Part shown: piece after piece, positions 17,879 to 18,465 of the stretch
Numbering within the stretch: the stretch's first letter is position 1
How the letters are laid out: every line of letters begins with the position of its first letter
DNA from: Desulfurella sp.
GTDB lineage: Bacteria; Campylobacterota_A; Desulfurellia; Desulfurellales; Desulfurellaceae
Assembly: GCA_031960885.1 (NCBI GenBank)
Contig: JAVRLY010000026.1
Location: 1-18,465 of the forward strand
Reading direction: 5' to 3'
Length of the DNA stretch: 18,465 nt
Made by a program: the position numbers and the translations under genes
The notes under the pieces: generated by a model
What the model saw: only the letters and a program-made list of their open reading frames with translations
Databases searched by the model: none
Told to the model about the DNA's origin: nothing

Positions 17879-18316
17879 ATGTCTAGTGCACAAAAAGGCG
17901 ATAAGGTTCAGGTACATTATGTAGGAAAGTTAGATGATGACAGTATATTTGATTCATCTATAAATTCAAATCCATTGGAGTTTGTAATAGGCGATGGCTC
18001 AATAATTCCAGGTTTTGAAGAAGCTGTAATTGGCTTAGAAGAAGGCGAAAAAAAGACATTTACCGTAAAACCAGAAGATGCTTATGGTCCATATTACAAT
18101 GAGCGTGTAATTGTCATTAATAAATCGCAACTACCACCAGATTTAGACCCACAAGTTGGAGACAGATTACAAGGTCAACAACCAGATGGTAGTGTAGTGC
18201 TTTTTAGCGTAATTGATAAAAATGGCGATGATATAACGCTTGACGGTAATCATCCACTTGCAGGTAAAAATTTAAATTTCGAGATTGAACTTATAAAAAT
18301 TCAAAAAGAATCTTAA
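17879..18316 (+). CDS. FKBP-type peptidyl-prolyl isomerase with insert-in-flap domain (SlyD/SlpA type, no His-rich tail)
   Basis: GDKVQVHY.G, FDSS, IIPGFEEA..G...GE, PEDAYG, LDGNHPLAGKNLNF; SD GAGGTG. Confidence 0.93.
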   Translation: MSSAQKGDKVQVHYVGKLDDDSIFDSSINSNPLEFVIGDGSIIPGFEEAVIGLEEGEKKTFTVKPEDAYGPYYNERVIVINKSQLPPDLDPQVGDRLQGQQPDGSVVLFSVIDKNGDDITLDGNHPLAGKNLNFEIELIKIQKES

Positions 18317-18322
18317 AAAAGA

Positions 18323-18465
18323 TTGAAAGCCGTATCTTTTTTCTCAGGTGGCAAAGATGGTCTATTTGCCACCTATTTAGCTCAAAAAAATTCAATTGAT
18401 GTCCCATATTTTTTACTATTAAAAACAACTATTGGGTTGTCGCCACATTACGAAAATATTGAAGC
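18323..18465 (+). CDS. PP-loop ATP pyrophosphatase, Dph6/MJ0570-like (5' part only; not in ORF track)
   Basis: TTG start 6 nt after the FKBP stop; MKAVSFFSGGKDGLFATYLAQKNSIDVPYFLLLKTTIGLSPHYENIE...; N-terminal SGGKD PP-loop. Confidence 0.8.
   Translation, partial: MKAVSFFSGGKDGLFATYLAQKNSIDVPYFLLLKTTIGLSPHYENIE

Noticed and set aside
193..17917. Short antisense or alternative-frame ORFs in the track (e.g. 723-995, 4980-5375, 5953-6447, 9782-10090, 14531-15067, 17696-17917)
   Set aside because: They lie on or opposite well-supported genes, show no family motifs, and look like reverse-frame shadows.
1..18465. CRISPR array, IS/transposase, prophage, defence system, tRNA/rRNA
   Set aside because: No spaced repeat array, terminal inverted repeats, integrase/nuclease ORFs or structured RNA genes were seen; nearly all sequence is accounted for by housekeeping CDSs.

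Overview
AT-rich bacterial chromosomal window that is densely coding and mostly housekeeping. Gene style suggests an anaerobic Campylobacterota/deltaproteobacterial-type organism such as Desulfurella; this is an impression, not a database result. The left half is a minus-strand gene train: mpg, tatA, two unannotated 30-33 aa single-TM ORFs, class A PBP, queF, iorA, iorB, a GAF-like/HD-GYP/degenerate GGDEF protein, valS and a truncated secreted FlgT_C-like protein. The right half has a plus-strand ribD-ribE-ribBA-ribH-nusB-pyrF-pyrE-UPF0173 hydrolase operon ending at a hairpin terminator, a convergent uppP/bacA homolog, and a divergent unit (membrane-anchored Cache/PDC-like protein, FKBP PPIase, truncated PP-loop ATPase). 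I found no mobile element, CRISPR array, tRNA/rRNA or riboswitch, and no clear-cut new multi-gene system. The best leads are: (i) a UppP lacking the catalytic Ser and His of motif 1; (ii) a PBP1A with altered glycosyltransferase motifs and an internal duplication; (iii) two tandem membrane microproteins between tatA and the PBP; (iv) four sigma70 promoters almost abutting start codons, implying leaderless or very short-leader mRNAs; (v) a c-di-GMP enzyme translationally coupled to iorAB.
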